A stretch of 64,000 nt of DNA, taken from NCBI GenBank assembly GCA_964016885.1, contig OZ024749.1:49724001-49788000 (forward strand), given 5' to 3'. Made by a program: the position numbers and the translations under genes. Positions 30,659 through 44,300 of the stretch are shown piece by piece; position 1 is the first letter of the stretch, and every line of letters starts with the position of its first letter. The stretch is from Eledone cirrhosa (lineage: Eukaryota). Under the pieces are notes generated by a model. That model did not search any database, was not told where the DNA came from, and was given only the letters and a program-made list of their open reading frames with translations.

Positions 30659-31762
30659 TGTTTGTGTGCATTTATGTGCGTATGCAATCGTGTACAAATA
30701 TATATATATATATATATATACTCATAATTATAAGTATGCGAATGAGTGTATATTGGTGTGAATGTATAAATGCATTTACGTTTTTTTACTTATTCGTGTA
30801 TGTCTTTATAATCATGAAAGCCTATACTTCACCGAAACTACTCTATCGTGTCTCTGTGGCATGGATATATCTGCTCATAATAATTGCTAGCGTGCCGAAA
30901 GCCATCAGCTATTCTAACATGCATTTAAATTGTAATGTGAAGACGTGTGACTTTGTAGTTAGACTCTTCGTCTAACAATTATCAGAACACGAGTACAATT
31001 CCCGGAAGTCCTTAGTGTCTTTGAGGAAGATATGTTATATCATGTTGATCTATTCCACTCAACTGGGAAGAATGAGTGCTACATTTAATTAGAAGGTCCA
31101 ACCTTGTCACACTCTGTTTTACGTTGAATCACTCTGAGTACTACATGTCAGTGAAATGCTGAGCCACTTGCACGTTAATTTCACAGCTGGCTGCTACGTT
31201 GATCAACTAGAAGCCATGTACGCATAAGCGACGGAGAGCCTGTTATTTATAAGTTGTTATAATTTTTAATGCAACCATCTGTTATTACAATGTTATACGT
31301 CTATCATTATAACATATGCGATTGACCCTGCTGTCAAAATAACAGCTTTGAAAATGTTCAATGATATTCACCTCATACGTGTATAATAGAATAATGTTAT
31401 AAAAATGTGATGAGAAATAATAATAAGAAATTATTTTAAAAACATTTGATGTACTTACATTAAAAATTGAATAAAATATATAATGGAATTATATAAATGA
31501 ATATATAATTCAGACGGCCCCAGAGATATATATTATAATCTTCTGAAATTATAAAAATAATTGCGTTTGTCCCTTGGTGCGTATATGTCTAGTATGATCC
31601 ACAATATGAATTATATAGTTGTGAAACACATTACAATCGATTATTCATGTTAATATATGTATGTACGTATATATGTACGTATGTATGTGCGTCTTATATA
31701 TGCCAGTATGTTTATAAATACATATGTACACACGTATGATCTGTACATGTGTGTAGGCATAT

Positions 31763-31820
<58 letters not shown>

Positions 31821-31826
<6 letters not shown>

Positions 31827-32681
31827 TTTAGCGAGGTTTTTTATATGAAATCGTGTGTCGAAACATATATTGTTATATTTGGGGAGGGGCATATTTGCGT
31901 AATATTGCCACTGGGGGAACTAAAAGGACGAAAAAACGGGTCAGTACTATACGAACATGCTAGACAACAACATGACGGTAACATAGACAACATAGAAATT
32001 AGAATAATATCTAAACATAGGAATGACCCAGCAGATAGGCAAATCAGAGAGGCCAGTGAAATAGAAATTAGAAGACGAAAGCTAAACAGAAAGAATGAGT
32101 GGAACAGCAACAACACCCAAACAAACAACACTGACCTAAGAGAAGTATAAATAAGTAAATAAAATAAAATAAAATAAGATAAATAAATACATACACAAGC
32201 ACAATAACAACAACCACATAAACACGCACTAGTCACCCAGCAGACACAACACTATACACACTAGTCACACAACACTCATAACACTATACACACACGCAAA
32301 CGCATGCGCAAAGAAGACAACATAAAATAAGATAAACAAACAAGCAAATAAATAAATAAATATATAGACAGACTGAATAAAAAATGGCGTAGACATACAA
32401 CACAACAGGAGGAACAATGAATATAACACCACTGACGATGTTGCAGATGTGCAACGAAAGATTTATGTAAATTATGTAAACTATATATATGTGTTTGTGT
32501 CTATATTGTATCTGTATTATTTTTGACCGCCGGTCAGTCAATGGCAACATTGAGGACCGAGTAAGTTAGATCGCAGATATAAAAGACAGCGAGAAGCGAA
32601 AACCAACCAAACAGCCAAACAGTGAGTGTGTTCTGTTATTAATTCGGGCAATATTACGCAAATATGACCCTCCCCAAATAT

Positions 32682-32690
<9 letters not shown>
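31821..32690 (+). mobile_element. 5'-truncated PLE copy: inverted tail, GIY-YIG C-terminal half, 3' UTR/pLTR with hammerhead, ORF-start tail; flanked by (TA)n
   Basis: 31910-32150 encodes SVLYEHARQQHDG...DPADRQIREASEI...LNRKNEW, typical of a PLE endonuclease C-terminus. 31867-31909 is the inverted repeat of 32647-32690. Confidence 0.85.
32428..32468 (+). ncRNA. Minimal hammerhead in PLE pLTR (stem I partly decayed)
   Basis: CUGACGA-U-GUUGCA GAUG UGCAAC-GAAAGAUUUA-UG. Confidence 0.7.
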
Positions 32691-32761
<71 letters not shown>

Positions 32762-32869
32762 GGAAATCAGTAAAATCGAATCTCTGGCGGTTTGCAAGTA
32801 AATCCGGCCTACTTATATGAACTGATGAGGTATATAATTGAGATAATTTAAATATTCACCTATTCCTTT

Positions 32870-32951
32870 TGCTTTTACCGACGGTTTCACTTCACAAAAG
32901 ATTGGAAATACTAGGGACTTCCAATGGATATGTTGAGATCTTCAGAAAGCA
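32870..32951 (-). ncRNA. Type I hammerhead ribozyme with long stem II
   Basis: UGCUUU-CUGAAGA-(~50-nt stem II incl. AUUGGAAG/UUUCCAAU)-GAA-ACC GUC GGU-A-AAAGCA. Confidence 0.8.
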
Positions 32952-33402
32952 TTTTCCCTACCTAGGACAAAAGTCCATGAAGGGCAAAATATATTGCCTC
33001 CTGACAGCTAGCACAGGATCGAATGAGACCGTAAACTTGACCTGTGCATGAACTAGCCCGAGTAGAAGCGGAAGTAAACATAGACGTGTTGTCAATCAGG
33101 CTACTAAAAATAGCAGCCCTAATAAAACAACGGATTTGTTCTCTACATAACGGAGATTATATAAAAGGAAATCAATATCCCCATATGTACTAAGTACCCC
33201 TGGAAATATATAGGATATCTCTGATACAGTGGTTGTTCTATGGTATTAATTTGACATATCAGAACTATACAATTGAGATAGGCGGAGCAATCAAGATTCA
33301 AACAATTTTCTTAAATAAATTAAGAAATATAATTTACATATTCACCTGGCAGGTGGCAATGCATTTTGCTGTTCCTGGGACTTTTGCTCCTAGGTACGGA
33401 AA

Positions 33403-33484
33403 TGGTTCCTGAAGATCTGAACATTTCCAGTGGAAGACCTTAGGATTTACAATCTTTTGTGAAGTGAAACCATCGGTAAAAGCA
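33403..33484 (+). ncRNA. Hammerhead mirror copy, stem I decayed
   Basis: CUGAAGA...GAAACCAUCGGUA-AAAGCA; the 5' strand is mutated to UGGUUC. Confidence 0.6.
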
Positions 33485-33658
33485 AAAGGAATAGGTGAAT
33501 ATTTAAATTATATTTTTTAATTTATTTTGAAAAATTGTTTGAATCGTGCTTGCACCGCTTATCTCAATGTTATAGTTCTCGTATGTCAAATTAATACCAT
33601 AGAACAACCACTGTATCATAGACACCCTATATATTTCCAGTGGGGATATTGATCTCCT

Positions 33659-33733
<75 letters not shown>

Positions 33734-33737
<4 letters not shown>

Positions 33738-34072
33738 TTGTCTACAAATGTAATGTTGAAACACCCACGTCCCGTAGGGCCTACATAGGGTTAACCGCCA
33801 ATAGATTCAAGCAGCGTCTTTACATGCATACCCATTCTGTTTGTTACCCTCTAACAAGGAGTATGACGTCACTTTCAGCTTATATATGGAGTCCAAAAGA
33901 CAACCACACCCAACATAAGTTACACTGGGAGATCCTAGCTAGGGCTAGATCGTATAACGGAAATAAAAGAACATCTGACCTCTGCGCCGCTGAGGCCCTG
34001 GAAATACTCTACGCCACAGACCACATCTTAAAACAAAAATCTGAGGCAATTTCGGCTGTTAAACATAAATAG
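33734..34072 (+). pseudogene. GIY-YIG endonuclease fragment of a second PLE lineage (5'-truncated, starts at a TA tract)
   Basis: VYKC...AYIGLTANRFKQRLYMH...TSLSAYIW...WEILARARSY...DLCAAEALEI...KSE. Confidence 0.85.
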
Positions 34073-34698
34073 CACAACACCTTCCTCTATTACAGACCCA
34101 CATTATACCCTAACGGATAGTACGATCTATACGCGGATATTTTACGTCTTGATGTGGTAGCTAAGTATATGTTATGTTTATACCATTACTTATTTGCATA
34201 GGTAAGTATATATTACCTGTATGTTTTGTGAAGGTACGTATACTTTCTCGCACGTATATTTGATTGTATATGTTATGGCGTATATTTTATATAATCCGGT
34301 ACATATGCTTTTGGTTATGTGTATACTTGAGTTTTGCGTCTGTGTGAGTATGCGGATTCGTACGTATGTAGGGTGTGTGTATATGTGTACTTCGTGTTTT
34401 GGTTGACGTTCGTCTCCGAACATATGTGTATTTACATGTAGGTATGTTTGTGCGCTTGTTATATACGTATTTATTTATTTATATACGTTTATTTAATTAT
34501 TTGTATACACGCACACACACACCCACATATTTATATGTGCGTGTATTTGTATACCAATGGCGTGTGTTTTCGCGTATGCTTGTGTATGTACATATATGGA
34601 TGGGTGTATGTATTTATTTAATTTCAATTACCTCTGTATTTAATTTACTTTAATCTTAACTCTGAAGCCAAGAATCATTCGGTTTCCTAGTTAGAATT

Positions 34699-34968
34699 TT
34701 AGTCTACGACTTCAGTTATACCATTTACGTGGTTCTGTCTTTGCGTGCAATTGTTCTCCACGCTCCACATATGACGTATTATCTTCGTTCTTTTCGTTCA
34801 TTGTCAGAGAACGTCTCTATGAACCACCTAAGAGAATATTAGTCTACGACTTCTTTTATACCATAAACGTGCTTTTGTCTTTGCGTGTAATTGTTTTTCA
34901 CCGCTCCTATTAATGTCGTATTATATTCGTTTTTTCCCGTTCTTTGCCAGGGAACGTGTCCACGAACC
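34699..34968. repeat. Diverged ~130-bp tandem duplication upstream of the 35.05-kb hammerhead-like motif
   Basis: TTAGTCTACGACTTC...GAACCA at 34699-34826 and 34839-34968. Confidence 0.8.
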
Positions 34969-35047
34969 AAAGTATCGTCTTCCTGTCTTCCTCCGGTTGC
35001 AAGGTTTTTTGAAATATTCACTTCTGCGTTCACAGATTGACTTTGTT

Positions 35048-35098
35048 AGTTTCAGAAGATCCCGTTAAGTGTGAAAGTAGCGATTCTTTGCTTAAAAT
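35048..35098 (+). ncRNA. Hammerhead-like motif with variant CAGAAGA core
   Basis: AGUUU-CAGAAGA-UCCC GUUAA GUGU-GAAAGU...GCUU-AAAAU; same family as the 38.3 and 44.2 kb copies. Confidence 0.5.
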
Positions 35099-35114
35099 TT
35101 AATCTGTTATTTTA

Positions 35115-35170
<56 letters not shown>

Positions 35171-35997
35171 TATTTACGTATCTATCGAGAGAGAGAAAAA
35201 TATACATATATTCATATGTATATATATATATATATATATATCTATATATATATATATATATATGAATATGTGATGTAATTCTGTTTGTGATTCTATATAC
35301 ATGTTTGCGCGTTTATGTCTGTGTGCACAAATATATAAATTATACTTATTTAAACAATAACGAAACATTTCTATTCAATACACACTAAATTTGAATGACA
35401 TTGAGATCAGAGTAAATAAAACGTTGAATTACTTATGAATACCTATTCAATGTAGAAACGCGTGGCTTTTAGTAATAGAATAATATTTAGTAATGTTGCT
35501 ATGGTTATTTTTATGGTTTTTATTTGAAGTCAGTTTTAGATTTCTATGTTAGAGTAGAATATTTATTTTTCGCATTTTGCAAAATTTTCAAATAGAAAAG
35601 TGTTCAAATATATATATTCGTATATAACATAATCAGATTGATATGAATAAATATTTCAGACATATGTAATATCTCTCAATATAATTATAAACGCTAAAAC
35701 ATATTAGAGATTTTCAAATATATAAGAATTTTTAATATTTACAAGTGGTTCATAAATTGAACTCCTATGGCTTAGATTTAAGGGATTGGACTTGTGATTG
35801 TGACGTCGAAGTTTCGATTCGAATTTCAGTTGGACTGAGCTGGTGTTGAAAATAATATCGTATTACATTTTGGACATTGTGTCAAGAATTGGTACCAACC
35901 CATTGAATTAGCAATTTAAACATTGGTTTCTTTCTACGATGCTATAAATGTATCTTACGATTATGCATTTTACTAAATTTTTTATTGTGGAAAAATC

Positions 35998-36037
<40 letters not shown>

Positions 36038-36525
36038 CGACATTACAACCACTTGCTTTTTAATGATCGGTAACAGGAATCATATAAGGAGTAATCTGCA
36101 TTTGTAATTTATAAACACACATACACAAACACACGTACACACACATATATATGTATATGTGTGTGCGTTTGTGTGTGTGCATCTATATATGTATGCGTAT
36201 CAATTGTCTCAGTTGTTCCATTTTCAGACGGTAATATTTGTACCCAATTCTTTTTGAAGCTTGTCAATAAATAAATGTTATTTACACAATTCATATGTAA
36301 AGGTTAGGTCGTTCGAAAGAATAAAAGTGAATGATATTAGAGTTCGTCTCACGGCGTCTCAAAACTAAAAGAAGATTACTGATTTACTCTTTTATTTTTT
36401 TTTCATAGCTCTTAAATATGTGTATTGTGTACCTCTATATCAATCCTTTTCTATCAGCTCCAGGATATTCCATTTTACGTTTGTTTATGAGGCGTGTTCG
36501 GTGAAGACATTATATTTACCCTATA

Positions 36526-36720
36526 AGGGCGGTGGATTGGCAGTATCGGTAGAGAGTCGGACACCATGCTTTGAAGCATAGCGTTAGGTCCCTTTATGAT
36601 CTGAGTTCAAATCCCGCCGAGGTTAACTTTGCCTTTCATCCTTACGTGGTCGATAAAATAAAGTACCAGTAATGCACTGGGTAATGTCTGGCCTTGTGCC
36701 AAATGTAGAAACAATTATAT
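36526..36720 (+). mobile_element. SINE copy, near full length
   Basis: A-box-like TGGCAGTATCGG and B-box-like GAGTTCAAATCC. Confidence 0.9.
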
Positions 36721-37821
36721 TTAATCTATAAAATCTATAACAATGGTAAATTCGAAGACTATCGCAAATAATTATGGCTTCAATTGCATCGGGTTTATAC
36801 ATTCTCATTTAACTAGAATGCTGTCCCTAAAAGCAGTACCAACATTTTAAAGAATTGTGGTAGTTTAGCCTTGTTATTGTTATTGATATATTTTTGGTGA
36901 TGAATTCCAGCTCCTCGTAACCATCCATAAATCCGACATATATTCAAATTATGCTCTGACATGAAAATTCTCTCTTCTTCAGAGTATAGTACATAATGTT
37001 TCCTTCGATTTTCTAAGCTGGTTTATGGTCAAATTTGACTGCTATTCATAGAAAGCCAGTTATATTATGAATTGGTGATTGCCAAATCGGATCTATACAA
37101 GATATCTGCATGTCGCATTATTTCACGATGAATATCGATTATATGAGCTTCATATTAATGAAAGAATTTGGTACCATGAAATCATTACTTAATAAATATA
37201 TGCTTCACTCAGAAGGACACCTAACATCTAAACGATAGGTTTTACTGTAAATAATATAAACAAATATACATAGATATATGAGACAACGATTGTGTTACTT
37301 GAACTCAGTTCAGATCAGATAAAGTAAGCCTAGCTTCAAAGGTTTTCTAATCATAGTTGACCGTTATATTTACAGAGTTAGGTTATTTTCAAAGAGAGTG
37401 TGGGGGTTTGTTTTGTTATTCCACACAATTCAGTAATATCGTAGTTGCTCCAAGATGTATTTAAACATTGAGGTTAACAGATTAGTTCGGCTGGTCTCAC
37501 TTGTGATACAATGCTTTAGCCAAATTTTAACCAATAATACTATGGCTTCATAAGTCAAAGACGAATACTCTCATAGAATTGTCTTTTAAATCAACCTATT
37601 ATTAAAACCTATACCCTTACTTGAGAAAACAATATAGAATAATGAATTTTTATGAACTCTGTGTAAAAGAAAACATCAATTAGCAAATATATCCCTATAA
37701 AAAATATATCAATTAACACATATACTCTTATACAAGGTTCAAGCGAACTAATGGAATCGAAATTCATTATTAATTTCGTATAACATATATTCAATGTTAA
37801 TTACGTTGGTAAGCAGTATAA

Positions 37822-37913
37822 CCCGCGAAAGCTCAGTTGGGAGAGCGGCGGACTGTAGTTAGTTAAATGTAGTTGTCATCTTCAGGTAAATAGATCGAAT
37901 CCGCCTAGCTAGA
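37822..37913 (+). pseudogene. tRNA-Tyr(GTA)-derived pseudogene retaining a ~19-nt intron
   Basis: D-arm GCTCAGTTGGGAGAGC; GGCGGACT-GTA-G with anticodon at 37855-37857; intron ~37859-37877; then ATCTTCAGGT and GATCGAATCCG (degenerate B box). The acceptor stem no longer pairs. Confidence 0.8.
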
Positions 37914-37981
37914 TTATACATAGGTAGATAGATACAAAGAAGAAGTGTGCTTGGTAATTTGTGTGTGATATATATATACAC

Positions 37982-38012
<31 letters not shown>

Positions 38013-38257
38013 ACGAAGGAAGTGTGGTAAAGAACCATGTGGAGCAAAACACACCAGATTACTCGATACTTATGGTAGTAGTGTTCAGATATAGCAGTCG
38101 AAAGGGCTGGAGCTCAGCCGTCGGGATCCTGACTATTTTCATATATATATATATATAGTAATAATAATAAATTTGAAGACTAACATCCACAATAAGGATA
38201 AATATATATCAAATGATATGAACCGTAGAGCAAATATTTATTAAAATAACAGATTAA

Positions 38258-38308
38258 AGTTTAAGCGAAGAATCTCTGCTTTCCCCCTTAACGGGATCTT
38301 CTGAAACT
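38258..38308 (-). ncRNA. Hammerhead-like motif with variant CAGAAGA core (best-paired copy)
   Basis: AGUUU-CAGAAGA-UCCC GUUAA GGGG-GAA-AGC AGAGAUUCUUC GCU-U-AAACU; all three stems pair. Confidence 0.65.
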
Positions 38309-38360
38309 CATATATATATATATATAAGCAGCGATACTTTGCTTATACTTTAATCTGTTA

Positions 38361-38514
<154 letters not shown>

Positions 38515-38551
38515 ATATTATCATATAACTATATTATTAATAAACACATAA

Positions 38552-38775
38552 GGGCGGTAGATTGACAGTATCGGTAGAGGGTAGGACGCCATGCTTTGTA
38601 GCATAGAGGTACTGCCCTTTATGATCTGAGTTCAAATCCCGCCGAGGTTAACATTACCTTTAATCCTTACGGGGTCGATAAGATATAGTACCAGTCACGC
38701 ACTGGTGTCGATTTAATCGAGTTTCCCCTCCCCCAAAATTTGCAGGCTTTGTGCCTATATAAGAAACCATTATTA
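38552..38775 (+). mobile_element. SINE copy, full length
   Basis: As 36526-36720, plus the internal segment GTCGATTTAATCGAG...CCCCAAAATT. Confidence 0.9.
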
Positions 38776-40342
38776 GTGCTATAAATGTTATCTATGACTT
38801 TGAAATACGAAGTGTTCTTGGATCATTAAAATGAATTCTTATAATGAGATTCTACGTTACTTTAAAATGTTCATGAGGTGTTTGAAAGATATTCTACGTT
38901 ACATACAACAATTCTAAATTTTACTTAGGTTGTTTCTCCTGTTCATTTACTACAATCGTGTTTGTAAATATTTGTTCGCTGTAATTTTCGCTTTACAATT
39001 CATAGGTATCATAGGCTTCATGTGTATTTTGTATGTATGTATAAACCCGCTATATATACATACACATCAATATATTCATACTTGTTTTCTAATTTGGAAT
39101 GAGTGAATACATTACATCTTGGATTTTGTGACGTGATGGCATGCAAAATTTATGTGATTTAATTACTTTGAAAAACTGTCTAAATCTTGCATCTATCTCC
39201 GAGAATTATAGGCCACTCATTAGCAGATAAGTATATCAAATGAAAATTATGTAAAGATCACTCGGAAATACATTGTTCGGCCTTGGAAAATTGTAACTGT
39301 TGTCATATTACAGCGAACTCCGTAGACGTGTTAGAATAGACAACTCTAATGTTTCAGAATTGTTAAGAATCTTCAGAGTAGTTTAATCACTGTATACTAA
39401 GGTGCATATTAGCTGAGAGCTATTATATATTTTTGCAGACGATATGTGAAATTTTTATAACAGTTTCCTGAATTTAAATTTCTTGGGAAATTGCTTTGGT
39501 GCAGCAACTAAACTTGATCGATTTTTTAATGTGTCTGTAATTTAGAACTACATGGAAAATGTTTCCTATAATTCTAGAAATATTTCCCCTGTACAAATAT
39601 TTATGTCAATAAAATGATATATGCTATACAACATTACCTGACCATTATAAATTTATTGCTTATTTTTATTCACATAAAATATATTTTTTCTCACACCAAT
39701 TTAGAGAAATTCGTTGTAATATTTGTACCCGCATTACCGCTACAGAATTCAAGGCTGTAAAAAATTCAGCATATAATGTAATATTATATACTTATTCGTG
39801 GCTGGATAATTCATTTTTTAAAACTTTTTTTTTTTTACATGCTAACTGTTTAAGTAGTGGTTTCAGATATAAAGTAATGAATTATTGTGTAACAAGTGAG
39901 TGTGTGATTGCGTTTGTCATAAATGTGCTTAAAAAACTTTATGAATGAGATGCAATTATTCTAAAGTTAGTCTGTAGTCGTTACACTATGAAATATATTT
40001 CGCATAATACATTTTCTACTTTTTGATGATTTGCTGTGAAATGTTAATTCATTTCAAGACCCAGAATGTTGATTTCCCTAAGTGTGTGAAACTACTAAAA
40101 CATTATATACGTGATAACTGTTTTTCTAATTTCCCATTCAGAATATATACATATATATGTAACAAAGATGGTGTGGTAAAATACCAAGTGTACCATAACG
40201 CACCCGAGTAATTAATACTTAGTGTAGTAGAGTGGGTAATAGGAAAAGAGACGGCTGAAATTCGGCCGTTTCGACAGCTTGATATAGCTGTCGAAAATGC
40301 CGAAGCTCAGCTGTCGACGTACTGAGGTTCTCTCTCTCTCTC

Positions 40343-40460
<118 letters not shown>

Positions 40461-40643
40461 AACAAGTAAGACCCCGACGGCTGAGCTCAAGCCTTTTCGA
40501 CGGCTAATTCTGGACGTATATATATATATATATGTATGTATGTATGTATGTAAAGTTAAACATAAATAACAACACAATCGTGTATGGAAGGTATATATGA
40601 GGTTACCGTTTGATATAACAGTCAAGTTAGAATTCTCAAAGGA

Positions 40644-40679
40644 TCTTAACGTTTCAAACGCTAGTCCTTCATCAGAAGA
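40644..40679 (-). ncRNA. Minimal type I hammerhead with palindromic stem III
   Basis: UCUU-CUGAUGA-A GGAC UAGC GUUU-GAAACGUU-AAGA. Confidence 0.7.
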
Positions 40680-40776
40680 AAGAACAAGAAATAAAATAAA
40701 TTAACGGTGCGGGCGGGATGGAATTGGTAAAATGTCTTTAGATAAAAATAATAGGTACATTCATGTTGACATCCCT

Positions 40777-40818
<42 letters not shown>

Positions 40819-41039
40819 GTAGAAACACTGAAGTACTAGCACACAATGTGCTACCAGTTTTTTGTATATGTGTTATTAATCTGCTACACACAAGAATCCA
40901 TAGGCAATTGATTAGATCTAAAATTAAATCATTGTCTCTGTTAATACCTCGCCGTCAGTTAATCCACTCCTACGTATTACATACGTATTACACACACACG
41001 TACATATACACACACACACACATACACCCACACCCACAC

Positions 41040-41077
<38 letters not shown>

Positions 41078-42432
41078 AGGTTTCTTTGTTCCTGATTGTA
41101 TATCTCTGTACCAGTGTCTATGTGTGTGTATGTTTATGCGTCTCTCTCTCTCTCCTTCTCTCACTCTCTCTCTATGTGCATGTGAGTGTGTCTATGTCTG
41201 TGTGTGTGAATGTTTCTGCGTGTGTGTATGTGTATGTGTGTATGTGTGTATGTGTGTGTGTGTATGTATGTATGTGTATGTGATACTTTTCACAAGCGCT
41301 GTTCCTCTTATATTTTGCTAAATAAAACTTAAAAGAAAAAATATTCGAAATGCATATGTGATATTCTCACTGGAATTAAAGAAAATATTTATTAAATGAT
41401 ATTTCCTTATATCACGTTCCCATTACCATTGCTATTCTCCGCTGACAAGAATAATTATTTCTATAATTTCTATGCCTTTACTTCAATCTAGCACCAATTC
41501 TAAAATTTGAATTAGCTTCCCAGCTGGAATGGAGAAACTTGCTCGTGGCGCTGTTTCATTCTTCATCAATTTGGGAGTTGGTTTCTAAACATACACTAAT
41601 TTCTATGTCTTTATTCTTTTTTTTTTTTTAAATAGCATACAGTGACAGTGAAAGAAGACCGGAAGGACATAGTGATATTGTGGAATTATAGGTAAAGTTA
41701 CAATTCTCAAAGGATTCTACAGTATTATGGAATAGAATGAAACAAAATGTATCACAATTATAATGAGACAATATACAACACTCAAATAATAATAACAAGA
41801 ATAATTTTAAAACGGAGAAGAAGGAGAAATCAACAACAACAACGCAAATACTAACTATAGTAATGACAATACCAATAAGAATTGTAAGAGTCCTATCGGA
41901 TGAGAAATATTGTAAAGGAACATGTTGCAAAAAACATATGCTAGAATAAGTTGTGTTTACATTAAAATCGGTTGGTAGAACAGAAACGAAAGCTACGATA
42001 GATTCTTTATAAAAATGTGTTACAAATTACAGGCAGGAGTCTGTCAGGAAGTAACAGTCTCTATATCTGTATGGACTTCAGGCAATCGAGGAAGTCTATA
42101 GATTCAAGATCACTTTATTCGCACCATTTTACACCCTCATAGTTCACTTATAATCTAACCTACAGCCGTTCGTTGAGAGAATATTTAACATACTTTCCCA
42201 CATTTAAATTGAAATATCGATATAGTCTAGACTAAAGTGTAGAATCTCCGCTTTGACTTATTTGAGACACAATAACAACAAATCGTTTTATTTAACGGTC
42301 TCAAACAAAGAACACTTTCTGAGGTTATGTGACGAACCTTTCGACATATGTGAGGAATGATTGCTTATGTGCTATAAAGAAAACTCTGCTCAAATCTCGG
42401 TAAAGCTAGCGACACTTCCCAAGAGCGGGGGG

Positions 42433-43212
42433 TTAAAAAGTTAACACACTAAAGAGAGAGAGAGAGAGTGCCATCAATAAAACAGGGAAAACCACCAGAG
42501 TATAGAATCTATATTCTATGGAAGACAGGGTAGACACACAATAATTAAAAATATAAATTAAAATGTATATACGCACCTCTGTAACTATATAACACACGCG
42601 TACAAATCCAAAGAGATTTGTTTCGCCAGGAGGGAGTTGAATGAAATGGAATAGCCTATGGCTCATCAGTGCGTGCAAGACTATACATTCAAGGAGATCA
42701 GGATTCCTTTTCCATTGAGCACATTATGACAGGGAATAACGAGAGTTCATGGCTCAATTAATTGATCGTGATATTTCGCTCCTTATAACAGGCTTTCCTC
42801 TCTCTGTGTGTGGTTGAGCACAGCACGAGTGGTTGTGGGGCTGTCCTTTCTAGCAACTCGTCCATCAGACACCACTGATTCACTGCCCTAAACAAGCTGT
42901 GACTTCTCTCTGCCGCATGTAGCTGGACGGTCACTTTAGATTCTGATAGAATTGTCTGGAATGTATAGTCTTGCACGCGCATATAAGCCATAGGCTATTC
43001 TATTTCAGTCAACTACCTCCTGGCGAAACAGATCACTTTGGATTTGTACACGTTTTATATATAGTTATTGAGGTGCGTATATACATTTTAATTTATATTT
43101 TTAATTATTGCGTGTCCACCCTGCCTCCCATAGAGTATATTTTTCCACACACTGGTGGTTTTCACTCTTTTATTGATGGAACACTCTCTCTCTAGTGTAT
43201 TACCTTTTCAAC
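42433..43212. mobile_element. Inverted-repeat element (~255-bp arms, ~270-bp spacer) with a hammerhead in each arm
   Basis: 42433-42690 vs 42959-43212 are diverged reverse complements. Confidence 0.9.
42595..42675 (-). ncRNA. Type I hammerhead ribozyme with stable stem III
   Basis: CACGCA-CUGAUGA-GCCAUAGG...CCUGGC-GAA-ACAAAUC UCUUUG GAUUUGU-A-CGCGUG. The mirror copy at ~42974-43054 has a decayed core (CAUAUAA). Confidence 0.85.
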
Positions 43213-43534
43213 ATATTATATATAGAGGGGAAAGCACAGAAGAGAATGTTTTTCATTACACGAATTTAAAGTGCCCAGAAAAATGATTTTCTCTGAGCTC
43301 ATTTAATTACAGGATTATACGCGAGTCCTTTGCTCCGTTAATTGTACTTGATATTTGCTCCTTGCACTCTCTCTGCTGTTGAGCACCATAAATTGATTAG
43401 TATAGGCTGCCATTTTAGGAGCTTGTTCTATTCATGCCAGCGGTTACTGCCCGCGCACGCATTTCTCTTATGTCTAAACATGCGTATTGTGGTTTATTTA
43501 GTTCCCTCTAGTAGTGCGGACAATATCGGCCTTC

Positions 43535-43611
43535 CATATGCTGATGACCCACCGGGCCGTATTGGAACCCACTACAATGGCGAAACGTCTCCTGGTGAGG
43601 GTGTACATATG
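43535..43611 (+). ncRNA. Partly decayed type I hammerhead inside an element bounded by ~45-bp inverted repeats (43236-43278 / 43703-43745)
   Basis: CAUAUG-CUGAUGA-CCCA...UGGC-GAA-ACGUCUC CUGGU GAGGGUGU-A-CAUAUG. Confidence 0.65.
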
Positions 43612-44070
43612 TGATTTAGGTGAGGATGGTTTCTCGTTTCAATTTATACTTTTAATTTTAATGTTTTACCAATGCCTCTAGTAGCTGATATTATCTTCAC
43701 GCTGGTGGTTTGAAATTCCTGTAATGAAAAACACGCTCCCCTGTCTTACACGAATGCACCTGCTGGATTATCGTTCATATGTTCAATATAACTCAGACAA
43801 TAACCTATCATTCATCGTTCTTTCTCTCGTTAGTGTCCAATTCTAAAACTGCTGTTCAGTGCTCTACAAGTATTTCTCACTCGATGATCGGTGCTTTTGA
43901 AGCCCTAGCATTCTCGTGATTTCACCGAGGGCGGCGACTTGGAACAGTAAAAATGGTACGCAAACATAAATGAGTCTCACTGTGTTCAGAGTAAACGCAA
44001 CTGTTTTGTGAAGTGTGACTCTCCCAGGCATATATCATATATATATATATACATATATACACACACACAC

Positions 44071-44128
<58 letters not shown>

Positions 44129-44135
44129 TTATTTA

Positions 44136-44300
44136 TTAAAATAACAGATTAAAGTTTGAGCAAAGATTCGCTGCTTTCACTCTTAACGGGATATTCTGAA
44201 ACTAACAAAGTCAATCTATGATTGACTTTGTTAGTTTCAGAAGATCCCGTTAAGTGTGAAAGTAGCCATTATTTGCTTAAACTTTAATCTGTTATTTTAA
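44136..44300. repeat. Palindrome (~80-bp arms, 3-nt spacer) carrying two CAGAAGA-type hammerhead motifs (44153-44203 minus, 44233-44283 plus)
   Basis: Centre AAGTCAATC-TAT-GATTGACTT; the right arm continues to ~44393; flanked by TA tracts. Confidence 0.9.

Larger units (their letters stand above)
32845..33660. mobile_element. Non-coding hammerhead element, ~487-bp unit, head-to-head inverted
   Basis: 32845-33010 is inverted relative to ~33350-33510, and 33152-33345 relative to ~33495-33660. The motif GGTGAATAT(T/G)TAAATTAT recurs ~487 bp apart on the minus strand. Confidence 0.8.
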
